Sequence record: PZ386973.1
Reading direction: 5' to 3' (one strand)
Source: a phage
Length of the DNA: 64,000 nt
Part shown: positions 20,454 to 30,489 of the stretch, piece after piece
Position numbering within the stretch: position 1 is the stretch's first letter
Layout of the letters: each line of letters opens with the position of its first letter
The notes under the pieces: generated by a model
The model's input: the letters and a program-made list of their open reading frames with translations, nothing else
Told to the model about the DNA's origin: nothing
Database searches by the model: none
Translations under genes and position numbers: made by a program

Positions 20454-23400
20454 TGGCTATAACTAAAATAATCTTACAACAAATGGTCACCATGGACCAA
20501 AATAGTATAACTGCAAGTAAATATCCTAAGTATACAGTTGTACTTTCTAATTCCATTAGCTCTATTACAGCAGGAGAACTAACTGCCGCCATAGAATCCT
20601 CTAAAGCTTCTGCAGCAGCAGCTAAACAATCAGAGATTAATGCTAAGCAGTCAGAGTTAAATGCCAAAGATTCTGAGAATGAGGCAGAAATTTCTGCAGC
20701 ATCTTCCCAGCAATCTGCAGCTCAGTCTGCTTCTTCTGCTACTGCTTCTGCTAATAGTGCTAAAGCTGCAAAAACTTCCGAAACTAACGCAAAAGCTAGT
20801 GAGACCGCTGCTAAAACTTCAGAAACTAATGCAAAGGCTAGTGAAACAGCAGCTAAAGCTTCTGAGACTAATGCTAACAGTAGTAAAACTGCTGCGGCTG
20901 CATCTGCTTCAGCAGCAAAAACCTCAGAAACTAATGCTGCTGCATCTGCATCTGCTGCAAAAACTTCAGAAACTAATGCAAAGGCTAGTGAAACAGCAGC
21001 TAAAGCTTCTGAGACTAATGCAAAGGCTAGCGAGTTAAAGGCTAAGGAATATGCGGATATAGTTGCTCCTAGTAATTTTCTTTCTAAATCCCAAAATTTA
21101 GATGATATACCTAATAAATCTGCCGCTCGCCTTAATCTAGAAGTATTCCATCAATCAAGAGTAAACCTAGATGATACTAATTTAGATACTCTTAGAGGGG
21201 GTCAGGCCGGTTTTTATTATCAGTCCGCTAATGCCCTTGCTACAGCAGAAAAAGGTTATCCAGTTAGAGCAGCAGGATCACTGGAGGTAATAAAAAATGC
21301 TGCTAATACAGTAGATGGTTGTCACCAAATATATAGACCATATAATACACAAGACTACTATTTTTCTAGGTGGTATGATTCTGCCAAATCTGTATGGTCT
21401 ACATGGTCTGCCTTTTACGCACCTGAATCCTCTGATGCATACAGAACTAGAATTGGTCTAGGAGCGCTCAATAACCCTCAATTTGCGAATGTTAATTTAG
21501 TAAATGTGTCCGATAATGCCCAAGCAGCCTCTGGTATTATAAGCGGATATTTAAACAATAGTTCAGGTGCACAGAGGGCACGCTACAGGTTGTACTCCGA
21601 AGTACGTGGCGATAACAAAGAATGGGTTACTATACACCTACAATCAGATACTAATACTAATAAGTACGCAGGATTAAGTATTGATGGAAACTTTCAGATT
21701 AATGGAAATTTTATAGGTAATGCCATAAGCTTGTCAGATGTAGCTACTTCTAAAGTAAACTTGAAGATTGATAGGTTAGATCAGTGGGGAAGCGAAACCT
21801 GGGTTTACAATGCTTCTAAGACTATGCGTCTAGGACTTACTGACAATTCTTGGGGAGCATATAGTGACACAGAAAAAAGGTGGATTCCACTAGACGTATC
21901 CCATGGTGGTACTGGCGGTAATAATACTTCTGATGCGCGTAGAAATCTAGAAGTAATGTACCGTAGATTTTCTACCTTAACAGGACAGAACCTGAATGAC
22001 CTTAATGGTGATTACGCAGGTTTCTACTACCAGAGCCTATCAGCTAATGCAACTACAGCCCGTAATTACCCTATTCAAGAAGCTGGAAACTTAATGGTAC
22101 TACAAAATAGTGCTAATGGAACCCCAGGATGTTGTCAGATATACATTACCTTTAGTTCTAATAGAATATATGAACGTAGCTATAACCCAGGTACTTCAAC
22201 GTGGTCTCCTTGGGGGTCTATTCTTAATAGCTACGATCCTAGTTATTGTAGACAGCTTATAGAACTAGGTTCTCAACATGCTCCTTTATTTGCTGGTTTG
22301 GCTTTAACTGGATATAGTGATAGTACTGTAGCTGCCGGCGGTATTATTAATAGCTATCTAAGAGCTACAGATGGTACTCAAAGGGTACGTATGCGCTTAT
22401 ACCCAGAGAAACTTGCTGAGGGGGTTGCGGCTGCAACTCTACAGATTATGGGGGAGGATACTGGCCCCTCGTATAAGACCTTCCAGTTTAAGAATAATGG
22501 TCAACTATTAGTACCTAATGAACTGAATGCAGATACTATAGCTGTTAGAAATCTTAACACAACTCAACAAAATCTAGGAATACCTACTACAGGATTTATG
22601 GGTGCTTACCAGACTATCAATGCACCTGCTGGTGCTGTAGATGGAAAATATTATCCAGTTATATTTTACACCGGAGGTACTAATGGTAATGGTGTTCTGC
22701 CAGTACCTATATCTATTCGTACTCCTGGTAGATCGGCTGGCCATGAGATGAATAATAACGTTTTTTCTGGATACGTAACTTGTGGTGGCTGGAGCGATAG
22801 CCCTAATATAGCATATGGGGTATTTACTGCTTATGATCCTAGAGAATTAGGTATTCTATGTATAAAAGGTAGTAATAAAGACTATGCTCAGCATATAGCA
22901 GTTTATGTACACTACAAAGCATTCCCTGTACATGTTATGACAGATCCTAAGGTTGTTATAAATGTTCCTACTGAAGACTATGTATTAGGGACTAACGGGG
23001 TTAAATTTAAATTTGGAGTAACAGATGCGGGTGATGGAAATGCTGAGGGTAATGTTAGCAACCTCTTGAACTTTACTGGTGGCGGTTCTGGCTTTTACTC
23101 TAATCATCCATTCCGTTCTGGATTATCTCCTAATTTTGCTCTAACTAATAACCTTAGTACTGGAGATGCTTTTTCTGCTACTGCACCTTCTTTTACTTTT
23201 AATGGTAGTGTTGTTGGTGCTAATAGTTTTTCTGCTAGAGGTGATGCTGTAACAAAAAATACGTACACATCTCAACTGGTAAATAGTGCCGATGCCATAG
23301 TAGGACAAAGTGAGTTTAGGGCAACAGAGGAAGCAGGACAAATTATTGTTAGAGATATGAGTAGTTCTGCTAGTCATAAATTCTTTAACTTCAATAAGGA

Positions 23401-24529
23401 TGGAACCTTTTCAGCTCCTTCTGGTATTTTATCTTCTACTGGTGTAGACTGGAATACACAACATAACACTGTCAATAAGTTTTATGGTATTGCGGGTCAA
23501 GTTAATAGTCCTGAAAACAATGTTGTTTTTGGTGGTGTACATATAGGTTTTAGTGGTAACTATGCTACTCAACTAGCCGGTAGGGGTAATAGATATTATC
23601 TGAGAAGTATTGAATCTGGCACTATAGGTGCATGGAATCGTATAATTACAGATCAATATGCTGATTTTAAAGTCCCTATTTTTATATATAAAAATGGAGA
23701 GGCATTAACCCTAAAATCTAGTGTTAATGATACTTCTGAAAGTGGTTATTTAGCAGGTAGAACTGCTAATAATACTAGAATGTGGCTTTTTGGAAAGACT
23801 GATTCTTCTAAGAGTGTTACTCTTAGCAACGAAATGGTCGGAGCATACTTTACTGTTTCTGATAATATTGTACTAAGAACACCCAGCTATAACGGTGGAA
23901 TATTTGCTGATGGTAGTGGTGTTTCTGTTAGAAGAAGTAACGGTCGGGAATTCAAATATGAGAATAACATGACTGCTGCTAGAAATGGATCTATTCTTCT
24001 TTGGGGTAACACTACCGGAAGACCAACTGTTGTTGAGTGTAAGCTTGACAATGGATATTTATGGTATGCTCAAGAAAACTCTGACGGAAGTAGAGTATTC
24101 AATATAAACGGAAATGCTGAGGCAAGGGCGTTTAATCAAACTTCTGATAGGGATCTAAAGAAAAATATACAGGAGATACCAAACGCAACCCAATCTATCC
24201 GAAAAATTAGCGGATATACCTATAATTTTAAGGATGATGATATGCCATACGCCGGGGTGATTGCCCAAGAAGTAATGGAAGTTCTTCCAGAAGCAATAAG
24301 TGGCTTCACTAGATATACAGAATTGGCAGGCGCTACTGTAGATGGGGAACCACTTATGGGTGAAGAGCGTTTCTATTCTGTAGATTATGGAGCTGTTACA
24401 GGGTTGCTAGTTCAGGTAAGCAAGGAATCTGATAGCAGGATCACAGCTCTAGAATCAGAAGTATCTGATCTTAAAAAGCAAATTGCAGATCTAACGTTAG
24501 TAGTTAACTCTCTACTAGCAAATAGATAA
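20453..24529 (+). CDS. L-shaped tail fibre (T5 pb1-like) with C-terminal intramolecular chaperone (peptidase S74-type) domain
   Basis: 1358 aa; N-terminal SETNAKASETAAKA tandem repeats; C-terminal segment DRDLKKNIQEIPNATQSIRKISGYTYNFKDDDMPYAGVIAQEVMEVLPEAI typical of autocleaving chaperone domains. Confidence 0.88.
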   Translation: MAITKIILQQMVTMDQNSITASKYPKYTVVLSNSISSITAGELTAAIESSKASAAAAKQSEINAKQSELNAKDSENEAEISAASSQQSAAQSASSATASANSAKAAKTSETNAKASETAAKTSETNAKASETAAKASETNANSSKTAAAASASAAKTSETNAAASASAAKTSETNAKASETAAKASETNAKASELKAKEYADIVAPSNFLSKSQNLDDIPNKSAARLNLEVFHQSRVNLDDTNLDTLRGGQAGFYYQSANALATAEKGYPVRAAGSLEVIKNAANTVDGCHQIYRPYNTQDYYFSRWYDSAKSVWSTWSAFYAPESSDAYRTRIGLGALNNPQFANVNLVNVSDNAQAASGIISGYLNNSSGAQRARYRLYSEVRGDNKEWVTIHLQSDTNTNKYAGLSIDGNFQINGNFIGNAISLSDVATSKVNLKIDRLDQWGSETWVYNASKTMRLGLTDNSWGAYSDTEKRWIPLDVSHGGTGGNNTSDARRNLEVMYRRFSTLTGQNLNDLNGDYAGFYYQSLSANATTARNYPIQEAGNLMVLQNSANGTPGCCQIYITFSSNRIYERSYNPGTSTWSPWGSILNSYDPSYCRQLIELGSQHAPLFAGLALTGYSDSTVAAGGIINSYLRATDGTQRVRMRLYPEKLAEGVAAATLQIMGEDTGPSYKTFQFKNNGQLLVPNELNADTIAVRNLNTTQQNLGIPTTGFMGAYQTINAPAGAVDGKYYPVIFYTGGTNGNGVLPVPISIRTPGRSAGHEMNNNVFSGYVTCGGWSDSPNIAYGVFTAYDPRELGILCIKGSNKDYAQHIAVYVHYKAFPVHVMTDPKVVINVPTEDYVLGTNGVKFKFGVTDAGDGNAEGNVSNLLNFTGGGSGFYSNHPFRSGLSPNFALTNNLSTGDAFSATAPSFTFNGSVVGANSFSARGDAVTKNTYTSQLVNSADAIVGQSEFRATEEAGQIIVRDMSSSASHKFFNFNKDGTFSAPSGILSSTGVDWNTQHNTVNKFYGIAGQVNSPENNVVFGGVHIGFSGNYATQLAGRGNRYYLRSIESGTIGAWNRIITDQYADFKVPIFIYKNGEALTLKSSVNDTSESGYLAGRTANNTRMWLFGKTDSSKSVTLSNEMVGAYFTVSDNIVLRTPSYNGGIFADGSGVSVRRSNGREFKYENNMTAARNGSILLWGNTTGRPTVVECKLDNGYLWYAQENSDGSRVFNINGNAEARAFNQTSDRDLKKNIQEIPNATQSIRKISGYTYNFKDDDMPYAGVIAQEVMEVLPEAISGFTRYTELAGATVDGEPLMGEERFYSVDYGAVTGLLVQVSKESDSRITALESEVSDLKKQIADLTLVVNSLLANR
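20760..21040 (+). repeat. Intragenic tandem repeat array in tail fibre gene, including a perfect 62-nt direct repeat (20813..20874 and 20960..21021)
   Basis: Repeated AAAACTTCAGAAACTAATGCAAAGGCTAGTGAAACAGCAGCTAAAGCTTCTGAGACTAATGC encoding SETNAKASETAAKASETNA-type peptide repeats. Confidence 0.85.
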
Positions 24530-24540
24530 TAGCTAAAAGA

Positions 24541-24573
24541 AACCCCAGTGGACAAAATCCACTGGGGTTTTTC
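24541..24573. terminator. Bidirectional intrinsic terminator between convergent late and early modules
   Basis: AACCCCAGTGGA-CAAAA-TCCACTGGGGTT with T-runs on both strands. Confidence 0.8.
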
Positions 24574-24575
24574 TA

Positions 24576-24785
24576 TTATTCGCTTCTACAACCTTCTATA
24601 ATACCAAGATTATAAATAGTTAGTAGTAATTTTAACTGCTCATTATCTGTATTAGTACAAAGCTCTACAAAACCTTCAGGATCCCAGAAAGTAACATTAC
24701 CTTCTTTATCTGTTCTTAGCACAAACTTTTCTGGTTCAGTAGTTTTAATCTGATAGGTTGGCATATTAGTATCAATACCTATCAT
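24576..24785 (-). CDS. Hypothetical small protein
   Basis: 69 aa from ATG 24785 (track ORF 24576..24839 starts at GTG inside dUTPase gene); last gene before convergent terminator; weak RBS. Confidence 0.4.
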   Translation of the reverse strand: MIGIDTNMPTYQIKTTEPEKFVLRTDKEGNVTFWDPEGFVELCTNTDNEQLKLLLTIYNLGIIEGCRSE

Positions 24786-24801
24786 ATTAGGATCAACAAA
24801 A

Positions 24802-25248
24802 TTACTTACTTCCTGAGCTTCCAAATCCACCTTCTCCACGAATAGTCTCCTCTAGTTTGTCAACGATTTTAAAATTATGTGTTGAGTAGTGCGGTACTAC
24901 TACTAACTGACAAAGTCTTTCGAAATTCTCCAGAGTTTGTATTTCAGAACCGTAGTTATAAAGGTTCATCTTAATAGTACCACGATAGTCTGAGTCGATC
25001 ACTCCTGCGGTATTTGCAATCATCAAATGACGTTTACCTAAAGAACTACGAGGAACTACCAAACCGAACCAACCTCGCGGAATTTCTACCGCGACACCGG
25101 TATCAATCATTAGGGATTTGCCTGGTGCAATAGCGCGTAAGTCTGCAGCTGGATTAGTACCAAAGAATGCTCGCAGATCCATACCTGCAGCATCTTCGGA
25201 ACCAATCTTAGGCATACAATCTGGATGAGTTAATTTAATTTTAATCAT
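24802..25248 (-). CDS. dut: dUTP diphosphatase (dUTPase)
   Basis: 148 aa with dUTPase motifs (AAGMDL, PRSSLGKRH, GVIDSDYRG, RGEGGFGSSG). Confidence 0.9.
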   Translation of the reverse strand: MIKIKLTHPDCMPKIGSEDAAGMDLRAFFGTNPAADLRAIAPGKSLMIDTGVAVEIPRGWFGLVVPRSSLGKRHLMIANTAGVIDSDYRGTIKMNLYNYGSEIQTLENFERLCQLVVVPHYSTHNFKIVDKLEETIRGEGGFGSSGSK

Positions 25249-26120
25249 TGTTCTGCAATCTCCAAAATATCTTTTGTAAACTTATCTAATACGTCTTGAC
25301 CTACCGCAGCAATAGCGTCTACACAGTAGGTTGGTAAATCAACCAGAATTAAATTTCGATAAAGCAATTCTTCCGAAGCATTTAAATTCTGTATATATTT
25401 CTGTTTTCCAGGTAGTGGAAGCTGATCAATAATATCCAGAACGTTACCAAATTCACGAATAATATTATACCCGCGTTTTGCCCCAATACCTTCAACACCT
25501 CGGATATTATCCCCTAAATCACCCATAATTGCTTTCAGAGAGATAAACTGCTCTACATCGTCAACATTATGATGCTCATACATATCACGAAGATGATATT
25601 CACGACGTGTTGTGAAAGAGAAGCGAGAAACTTTATCAGTTAATAAGGTATCCCAGTCACCGTCAGTAGAAATCAACCAAACGTGATCATATAGATGCCC
25701 GATGAGCTTAACAATATAAGCTGCCATGTCGTCTGCTTCTACACCACGAATAGTGAAAGTTGGGAATGTAGTTTCACATAACTCGAAAGCATCTTTCAAA
25801 TACTCGAAGAACTGCTCATCTAACGCTTTCTCCTCTTCCGTACGCTGTGAGTATTTCTCATCTCGGTTCCCTTTATACTCGGGGAGATGCTCTAGGCGGA
25901 ATGCGGACTTCCCTTTATCTCCTAAAACTATTGTAGTTCTAGCAGAATAAGATTTTGCAAGAGATTGAATAGTGGAAACATAACTTGAGGCAAATGGTTT
26001 TTTACTATTGTTATGCTTGAAGCGAAAGCCTAAGTTAGTTCCATCGACAATCATTAGGTTACGACGGGAAGCCATTTCAGCTTCCTCTTCTTCAATAAAT
26101 TTTCCCCAGGATTTACTCAT
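25245..26120 (-). CDS. Flap endonuclease / 5'-3' exonuclease (T5 D15-like)
   Basis: 291 aa; FEN motifs (LMIVDGTNLGFR, ISTDGDWDTL, GDLGDNIRGVEGIGAKRG helix-3-turn-helix); N-terminus matches my recollection of T5 D15. Confidence 0.93.
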   Translation of the reverse strand: MSKSWGKFIEEEEAEMASRRNLMIVDGTNLGFRFKHNNSKKPFASSYVSTIQSLAKSYSARTTIVLGDKGKSAFRLEHLPEYKGNRDEKYSQRTEEEKALDEQFFEYLKDAFELCETTFPTFTIRGVEADDMAAYIVKLIGHLYDHVWLISTDGDWDTLLTDKVSRFSFTTRREYHLRDMYEHHNVDDVEQFISLKAIMGDLGDNIRGVEGIGAKRGYNIIREFGNVLDIIDQLPLPGKQKYIQNLNASEELLYRNLILVDLPTYCVDAIAAVGQDVLDKFTKDILEIAEQ

Positions 26121-26602
26121 TATTTAATTAAGTCCTCAACAGATGCATGATGTAGCCACGGCTCAAATAAACCAATTACGATTTCCATGTCTTTCTTATT
26201 TAACACCATATGGGTACGACTCATTAAGTTGTCAACCATCGGGTCTGAGCTATCCAAAGCTATTAACCACTGTCCTCTGTCTTTCTTGAATATTAATGCA
26301 GGTTTGGAGTTCATCTGCTCACCTTCACGTGAGCATTGCTGCCACCACTTCTCTAGAGTGGATTCGCCAACATTAAATAAATTACTTGATATATTATCAT
26401 CTTTATACCACTTAACTTCGAAGCAGTATTTACTAATGTGTCCGCTTTGTGGTGGAAGGTAGATGTCACCTTTCAGTCCGTGGCTCTGGCCAAAAGCACC
26501 AGAGCCAGGAACACGTTCCCACTCAAGACCTGTACGTTCACGTAAAATATCTCTTACCTGATATTCACCACGTTTACCTTTCTCTCTACTATCTACAGCC
26601 AT
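26120..26602 (-). CDS. Holliday junction resolvase-like nuclease (Hjc-like PD-(D/E)xK)
   Basis: 160 aa; motifs KGKRGEYQVRDIL, VPGSGAFG, GDIY, FEVKW resemble archaeal Hjc catalytic core. Confidence 0.6.
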   Translation of the reverse strand: MAVDSREKGKRGEYQVRDILRERTGLEWERVPGSGAFGQSHGLKGDIYLPPQSGHISKYCFEVKWYKDDNISSNLFNVGESTLEKWWQQCSREGEQMNSKPALIFKKDRGQWLIALDSSDPMVDNLMSRTHMVLNKKDMEIVIGLFEPWLHHASVEDLIK

Positions 26603-26605
26603 GTT

Positions 26606-28444
26606 TTATTCTAGGTAGGAAAATCCTTCTGCATCTTTTTTAACAGTAATCTTATGAGCTAATGGATGCGTATGCCCATGAGAAACAATGATAGAATTTA
26701 GACTTTCTTCCTCATTTAATAGTTCAACAAGAGTGTCAAGTCCTTTAGTATCAATAAAGCTAATTACTTCATCAAGGAATAGAAGATTAATATTAACTTT
26801 ACTAATAGATGTTAGTAGCATTCGAATAGCTAACAGAGTTGCTAGGTTGATTCGACTTTGCTGACCAGTAGAGCAATTCTCCATACTAGTACGATTTCCA
26901 TCATTGAAGATTACTACTTGTAATTTTGTTTCATCAAGTTCAAATCCAAGTGCGAACTTACCGCCAGTCATAATGGAAAGGTATTTATTGATAAGCTCTT
27001 CAAATACTTTCACACTATGCTCTAGTTTATATCCTACTAGATTCTTTAATGCAGCGATCAGAATATCGAGATCAGCAACAGCCTCTGATACCTCATCCAG
27101 TTTGGAAGTAATCTCAGACATTTCTGCCTCAGCTTTCTCAATCTGTTCTAGTTTCGCTTTATATTTTGCATTGGCTAATTCGACATTTGCATTATGCTCT
27201 TTGGCAATTGCAACCTTAGAACGGCCATCAGCGATTTCCTGTTCTAATTGTCGGATTTGCACCTGTAGGTTTTGCACATTGAGTTCTTCAAAAGAAGCAT
27301 CACTCATTGAACTTTTGAACTCGTCTCTAGCTGCTACTGCTTTATCCAAAGCATCCTTTGCTCTAGTATACGCAACGTACTCAAGTTGTTCTTTCTTCAA
27401 CTGTTCTAACTTAGCTTCAAGAGATTGCTTCTCTTTGAACAGAGGGTCATATTCTATTCTAGCCATATCCATTGCTTTTTGAGCAGCAGTTGTATCCAGA
27501 TGAGTACCGCAAGTAGGACATTCAGTATTTGAAGCCTCTTGCTTGAACTTCTGATAACGTTTCTTAACTTCTCCCGCACGTGAGGTCACAATCGTTAGGT
27601 CACGCGTAACACTTGAGATCTCTTCGTTTTGGTCAGTGGGCGCAGGTAAATTTTTGAAAGGCTCGAAAGATTGTTCGGCAACTTGTACAGCTTTGTCCAA
27701 ATTACGCAATTTAGTAATATTAGCCTCTTGAGACTTGGCTAATGCCGCCTTAATTTTCGATTCAGTAAGTTCTTGTGCTAATGGCTCTTCATCAAACTCC
27801 GGCACTTCGACTGGTTCTTGTAAGGTTCCCAAGTTATTCTTTCCATTAAGGATTTTCGTAATTACAGCCATTTGGCCCTGCAAATTATTTAAGGTATTTG
27901 CTATTTCTTTACGATCAGCCTTAATAGTTTCAGACATTTCTTTATACTGCTCTTGATTAAACAAGTTAACAAGAAACGCTTTACGTGTTGCATCGGTAGC
28001 TTTGAGGAAGTCTAGATTTGAACCAACAGATTGATAGATTAGTTTGGTGAAAGTTTGGAAGTCACCACCCATGATCTCTTCAATCATCTTGTATGTTTGG
28101 GTTGCCGTGTGTCCACTAATATCTTCTCCATTCTTAATAAGAGTTACTTTAGCGGTTGACTTGACAACTTTATGCAGCTCATATTCATCATCATCCTTTG
28201 AAAAGTAAGCGTGCATATCATACTCTTTTTTCGGAGAAGACCAAGAGAACAGAGCATCTTTCTTAATACCGCGTGAGTTCTTATTATAGAATAGTTCTTC
28301 AATAACAGTAGCAATTGTAGATTTCCCTAGCCCATTGCCACCAATTAGTTGAGTAACGGGATTCTTATCGAAATGAATTACGATGTCCTTACCGTAAGAC
28401 ATAACGTTACTAAATTTTAGTGTCTTAATTATAATCTTTGACAT
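26606..28444 (-). CDS. SbcC/Rad50-like recombination ATPase
   Basis: N-terminal Walker A (GGNGLGKST), long central coiled coil with CPTCG zinc hook, C-terminal LLFLDEVISFID Walker B/D-loop; start set at ATG 28444. Confidence 0.85.
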   Translation of the reverse strand: MSKIIIKTLKFSNVMSYGKDIVIHFDKNPVTQLIGGNGLGKSTIATVIEELFYNKNSRGIKKDALFSWSSPKKEYDMHAYFSKDDDEYELHKVVKSTAKVTLIKNGEDISGHTATQTYKMIEEIMGGDFQTFTKLIYQSVGSNLDFLKATDATRKAFLVNLFNQEQYKEMSETIKADRKEIANTLNNLQGQMAVITKILNGKNNLGTLQEPVEVPEFDEEPLAQELTESKIKAALAKSQEANITKLRNLDKAVQVAEQSFEPFKNLPAPTDQNEEISSVTRDLTIVTSRAGEVKKRYQKFKQEASNTECPTCGTHLDTTAAQKAMDMARIEYDPLFKEKQSLEAKLEQLKKEQLEYVAYTRAKDALDKAVAARDEFKSSMSDASFEELNVQNLQVQIRQLEQEIADGRSKVAIAKEHNANVELANAKYKAKLEQIEKAEAEMSEITSKLDEVSEAVADLDILIAALKNLVGYKLEHSVKVFEELINKYLSIMTGGKFALGFELDETKLQVVIFNDGNRTSMENCSTGQQSRINLATLLAIRMLLTSISKVNINLLFLDEVISFIDTKGLDTLVELLNEEESLNSIIVSHGHTHPLAHKITVKKDAEGFSYLE

Positions 28445-29402
28445 ATTTCGCAGCTCTAGCCAAGATTCTATCAATGTCGCCTTGAGATAGCTTCTCGACT
28501 TCACGGAAGTAAAGTTCAAGTTCACCTAACATATCAAGATCAACAAGATTTAACTTAGCATCTTTAGTAACTCGATGGTTAATCTTCTTATCTAATAAAT
28601 CAGAGTCTTTAATAGACTTTAATTGAACAACGTCACCAGTAACTTCATAGACTACACGATCATAATCGCTAGGTTCCATCTCTTCACCAGCTACAATTGT
28701 TTTACGAATAAGTTGTGGTAAATCACCTAGTTCAATCCATTCTACTTTTAATGTGTCGGTATCAACGATAAAGCAACCATTTGTACCTTTTGTGCGTTCT
28801 CTATGGAACGATGTAGTTAATGGAGACCCTGGGTAGAGGAGTCTAGTAGATCCGATAGTCTGGCTATTAGTATAAGAATGTAAATCGCCAGCAATTACAG
28901 TATCATAACAGTTGTACTTAGTTAGATCAATTTCTGGTTTTACATGTGGAGGGATTTCACCACGAACATGCGTGAAACATAGTTTTGATTCAGACGGTTT
29001 CCATTTGGATTTATGGATCTCATCGTACGGAACAATATCAAATTCAGGGGAACGATATGGTTTGGTAATTACTTCCCACTTACCACTCGTTACCTTATTA
29101 ATAACTCCTGCATAATGATATAGACATGAAATCGTTTTAGTTAACATTTCATGATTTCCAGTAAAGATTTTACCTGGGTGGTCGAGTCTTGACATGAACT
29201 GTTCAAGCAGTTCTATTTCTTCTGACGACGGGTCGGCAACATCAAGAATATCACCACCAGCAATATGAAGATCACAGTTATGATTATGGAATATATCATT
29301 TAACCGTTCTCCTAGCATCAAGAAGCGACGCTTCTGCCATTCCTTTGGAACTTTATCTTGTCCTAGTTTGATATGATGATCAGCACTAAATAATATTCTC
29401 AT
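28425..29402 (-). CDS. SbcD/Mre11-like nuclease (calcineurin-like phosphoesterase)
   Basis: MRILFSADHHIKLG metallophosphatase motif I, GGDILD, GNHE; directly upstream of SbcC-like gene. Confidence 0.85.
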   Translation of the reverse strand: MRILFSADHHIKLGQDKVPKEWQKRRFLMLGERLNDIFHNHNCDLHIAGGDILDVADPSSEEIELLEQFMSRLDHPGKIFTGNHEMLTKTISCLYHYAGVINKVTSGKWEVITKPYRSPEFDIVPYDEIHKSKWKPSESKLCFTHVRGEIPPHVKPEIDLTKYNCYDTVIAGDLHSYTNSQTIGSTRLLYPGSPLTTSFHRERTKGTNGCFIVDTDTLKVEWIELGDLPQLIRKTIVAGEEMEPSDYDRVVYEVTGDVVQLKSIKDSDLLDKKINHRVTKDAKLNLVDLDMLGELELYFREVEKLSQGDIDRILARAAKYVKDYN

Positions 29403-29406
29403 TGGT

Positions 29407-29431
29407 TAAAAAGAAAGGGGCCGAAGCCCCT
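29407..29431 (-). terminator. Intrinsic terminator (minus strand)
   Basis: Minus strand AGGGGC-TTCG-GCCCCT followed by TTTCTTTTT. Confidence 0.7.
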
Positions 29432-29438
29432 CTATTTA

Positions 29439-30212
29439 TTAGTCGTCCAGATCGCTTGCAGCTTCTGAGTCAATACCTTTCTGGGAGCCTGCATTGCTAT
29501 TACCAGATTTGGCATCATCATCTTTATTCTCACGACCCTCCATGAAGGCTAGAATTGCTTCTTTCTGCTCTTCATAGGTAGGAACCGGATAGGTTTGTTC
29601 CAGAGAAGGAACTTTTTCGAACTTAATGATGTCGCCATCTTCATCACACATAGCTTCACCGATCAGATCGACATCCGCAGCATATTGCTTAGATTCCGCA
29701 CTGTTAGGATCTTGCAGCTTAATCTGGAACTGCATAGCAGCAATCTGCTGTACATCATACTCAGTATCGAAACCTTTACCTTTTTTCTCGATAGAAATAT
29801 CGATATCAAACGGAGTTGCCAGGCTCAGCTGCTTCATGATAGACTGGATGCCTTTCAGAATAGTAGCCTTAACTTCCATTACTTTCAGTTTGTTATCAGA
29901 ACGGTCAATAACAAAAGCGATATAGTTTTTCTTCGGTTTCAGCGGAACACGATTACCATCTTTATCCAGCTCTTTCTCGAAGAAGCCCATCTCATGAACC
30001 GGATCAGCTTTACCACGAACAAAACTCTCTTTGTCACGGTTAAAACGGAGACATTCGAAAGGAGCTACGTTACCCTCTTTATTAGTCAGCCAATAGACAT
30101 AACGTGGAAGAACACCAGAAACGATACGGACACGAGTGATACCGTTGTTGAACTTCAGGAATTCGATTTTATCGTTAGAACCGCCAGTAGTTTCGCCCCA
30201 AGACTTAGCCAT
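29439..30212 (-). CDS. Hypothetical protein with acidic C-terminal tail (possible ssDNA-binding or replication accessory protein)
   Basis: 257 aa ending DSEAASDLDD; followed by intrinsic terminator. Confidence 0.45.
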   Translation of the reverse strand: MAKSWGETTGGSNDKIEFLKFNNGITRVRIVSGVLPRYVYWLTNKEGNVAPFECLRFNRDKESFVRGKADPVHEMGFFEKELDKDGNRVPLKPKKNYIAFVIDRSDNKLKVMEVKATILKGIQSIMKQLSLATPFDIDISIEKKGKGFDTEYDVQQIAAMQFQIKLQDPNSAESKQYAADVDLIGEAMCDEDGDIIKFEKVPSLEQTYPVPTYEEQKEAILAFMEGRENKDDDAKSGNSNAGSQKGIDSEAASDLDD

Positions 30213-30489
30213 ATTTTATTTCCTCTTTAAAGATTAATTTCGATTTGTTAATTGCGATTAGTGGGTTAGTGTCGATTACTAAACGTGGTATCCATACTGG
30301 AACATATTGCATGTCCAAACTAGGATCGTTTGTAAACTTGTATTCGGCATAATTTCGTAGACTTAAAATTCCCAGATATTCTGCCAGTTGTCTATTAGAC
30401 AATTTATTTGGATTATCAACTATTGTTGATTCATTCAAAATGAATGAGGAACCGACCAATAATTGGTGAGCATCAGGCTCTGTAAGCAT
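30205..30489 (-). CDS. Hypothetical protein
   Basis: 94-aa ORF with ATG start and upstream early promoter 30597..30626. Confidence 0.5.
   Translation of the reverse strand: MLTEPDAHQLLVGSSFILNESTIVDNPNKLSNRQLAEYLGILSLRNYAEYKFTNDPSLDMQYVPVWIPRLVIDTNPLIAINKSKLIFKEEIKYG

Noticed and set aside
20661-21038. 125-aa Leu/Lys-rich ORF on the + strand inside the tail fibre gene
   Set aside because: Alternative-frame reading of the intragenic nucleotide repeat array; low-complexity product, no RBS, entirely nested in a well-supported gene
20640-21060. Possible CRISPR-like array suggested by regularly spaced repeats
   Set aside because: Repeats are in-frame within the tail fibre coding sequence and encode peptide repeats; no spacer-repeat architecture and no cas genes
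26904-27482. 192-aa Ser-rich ORF antisense to the SbcC-like gene
   Set aside because: Low-complexity shadow ORF opposite the coiled-coil coding region
29595-30230. 211-aa and 99-aa ORFs on + strand overlapping 29439..30212
   Set aside because: Antisense to a gene with clear promoter and terminator context on the minus strand; no start signals
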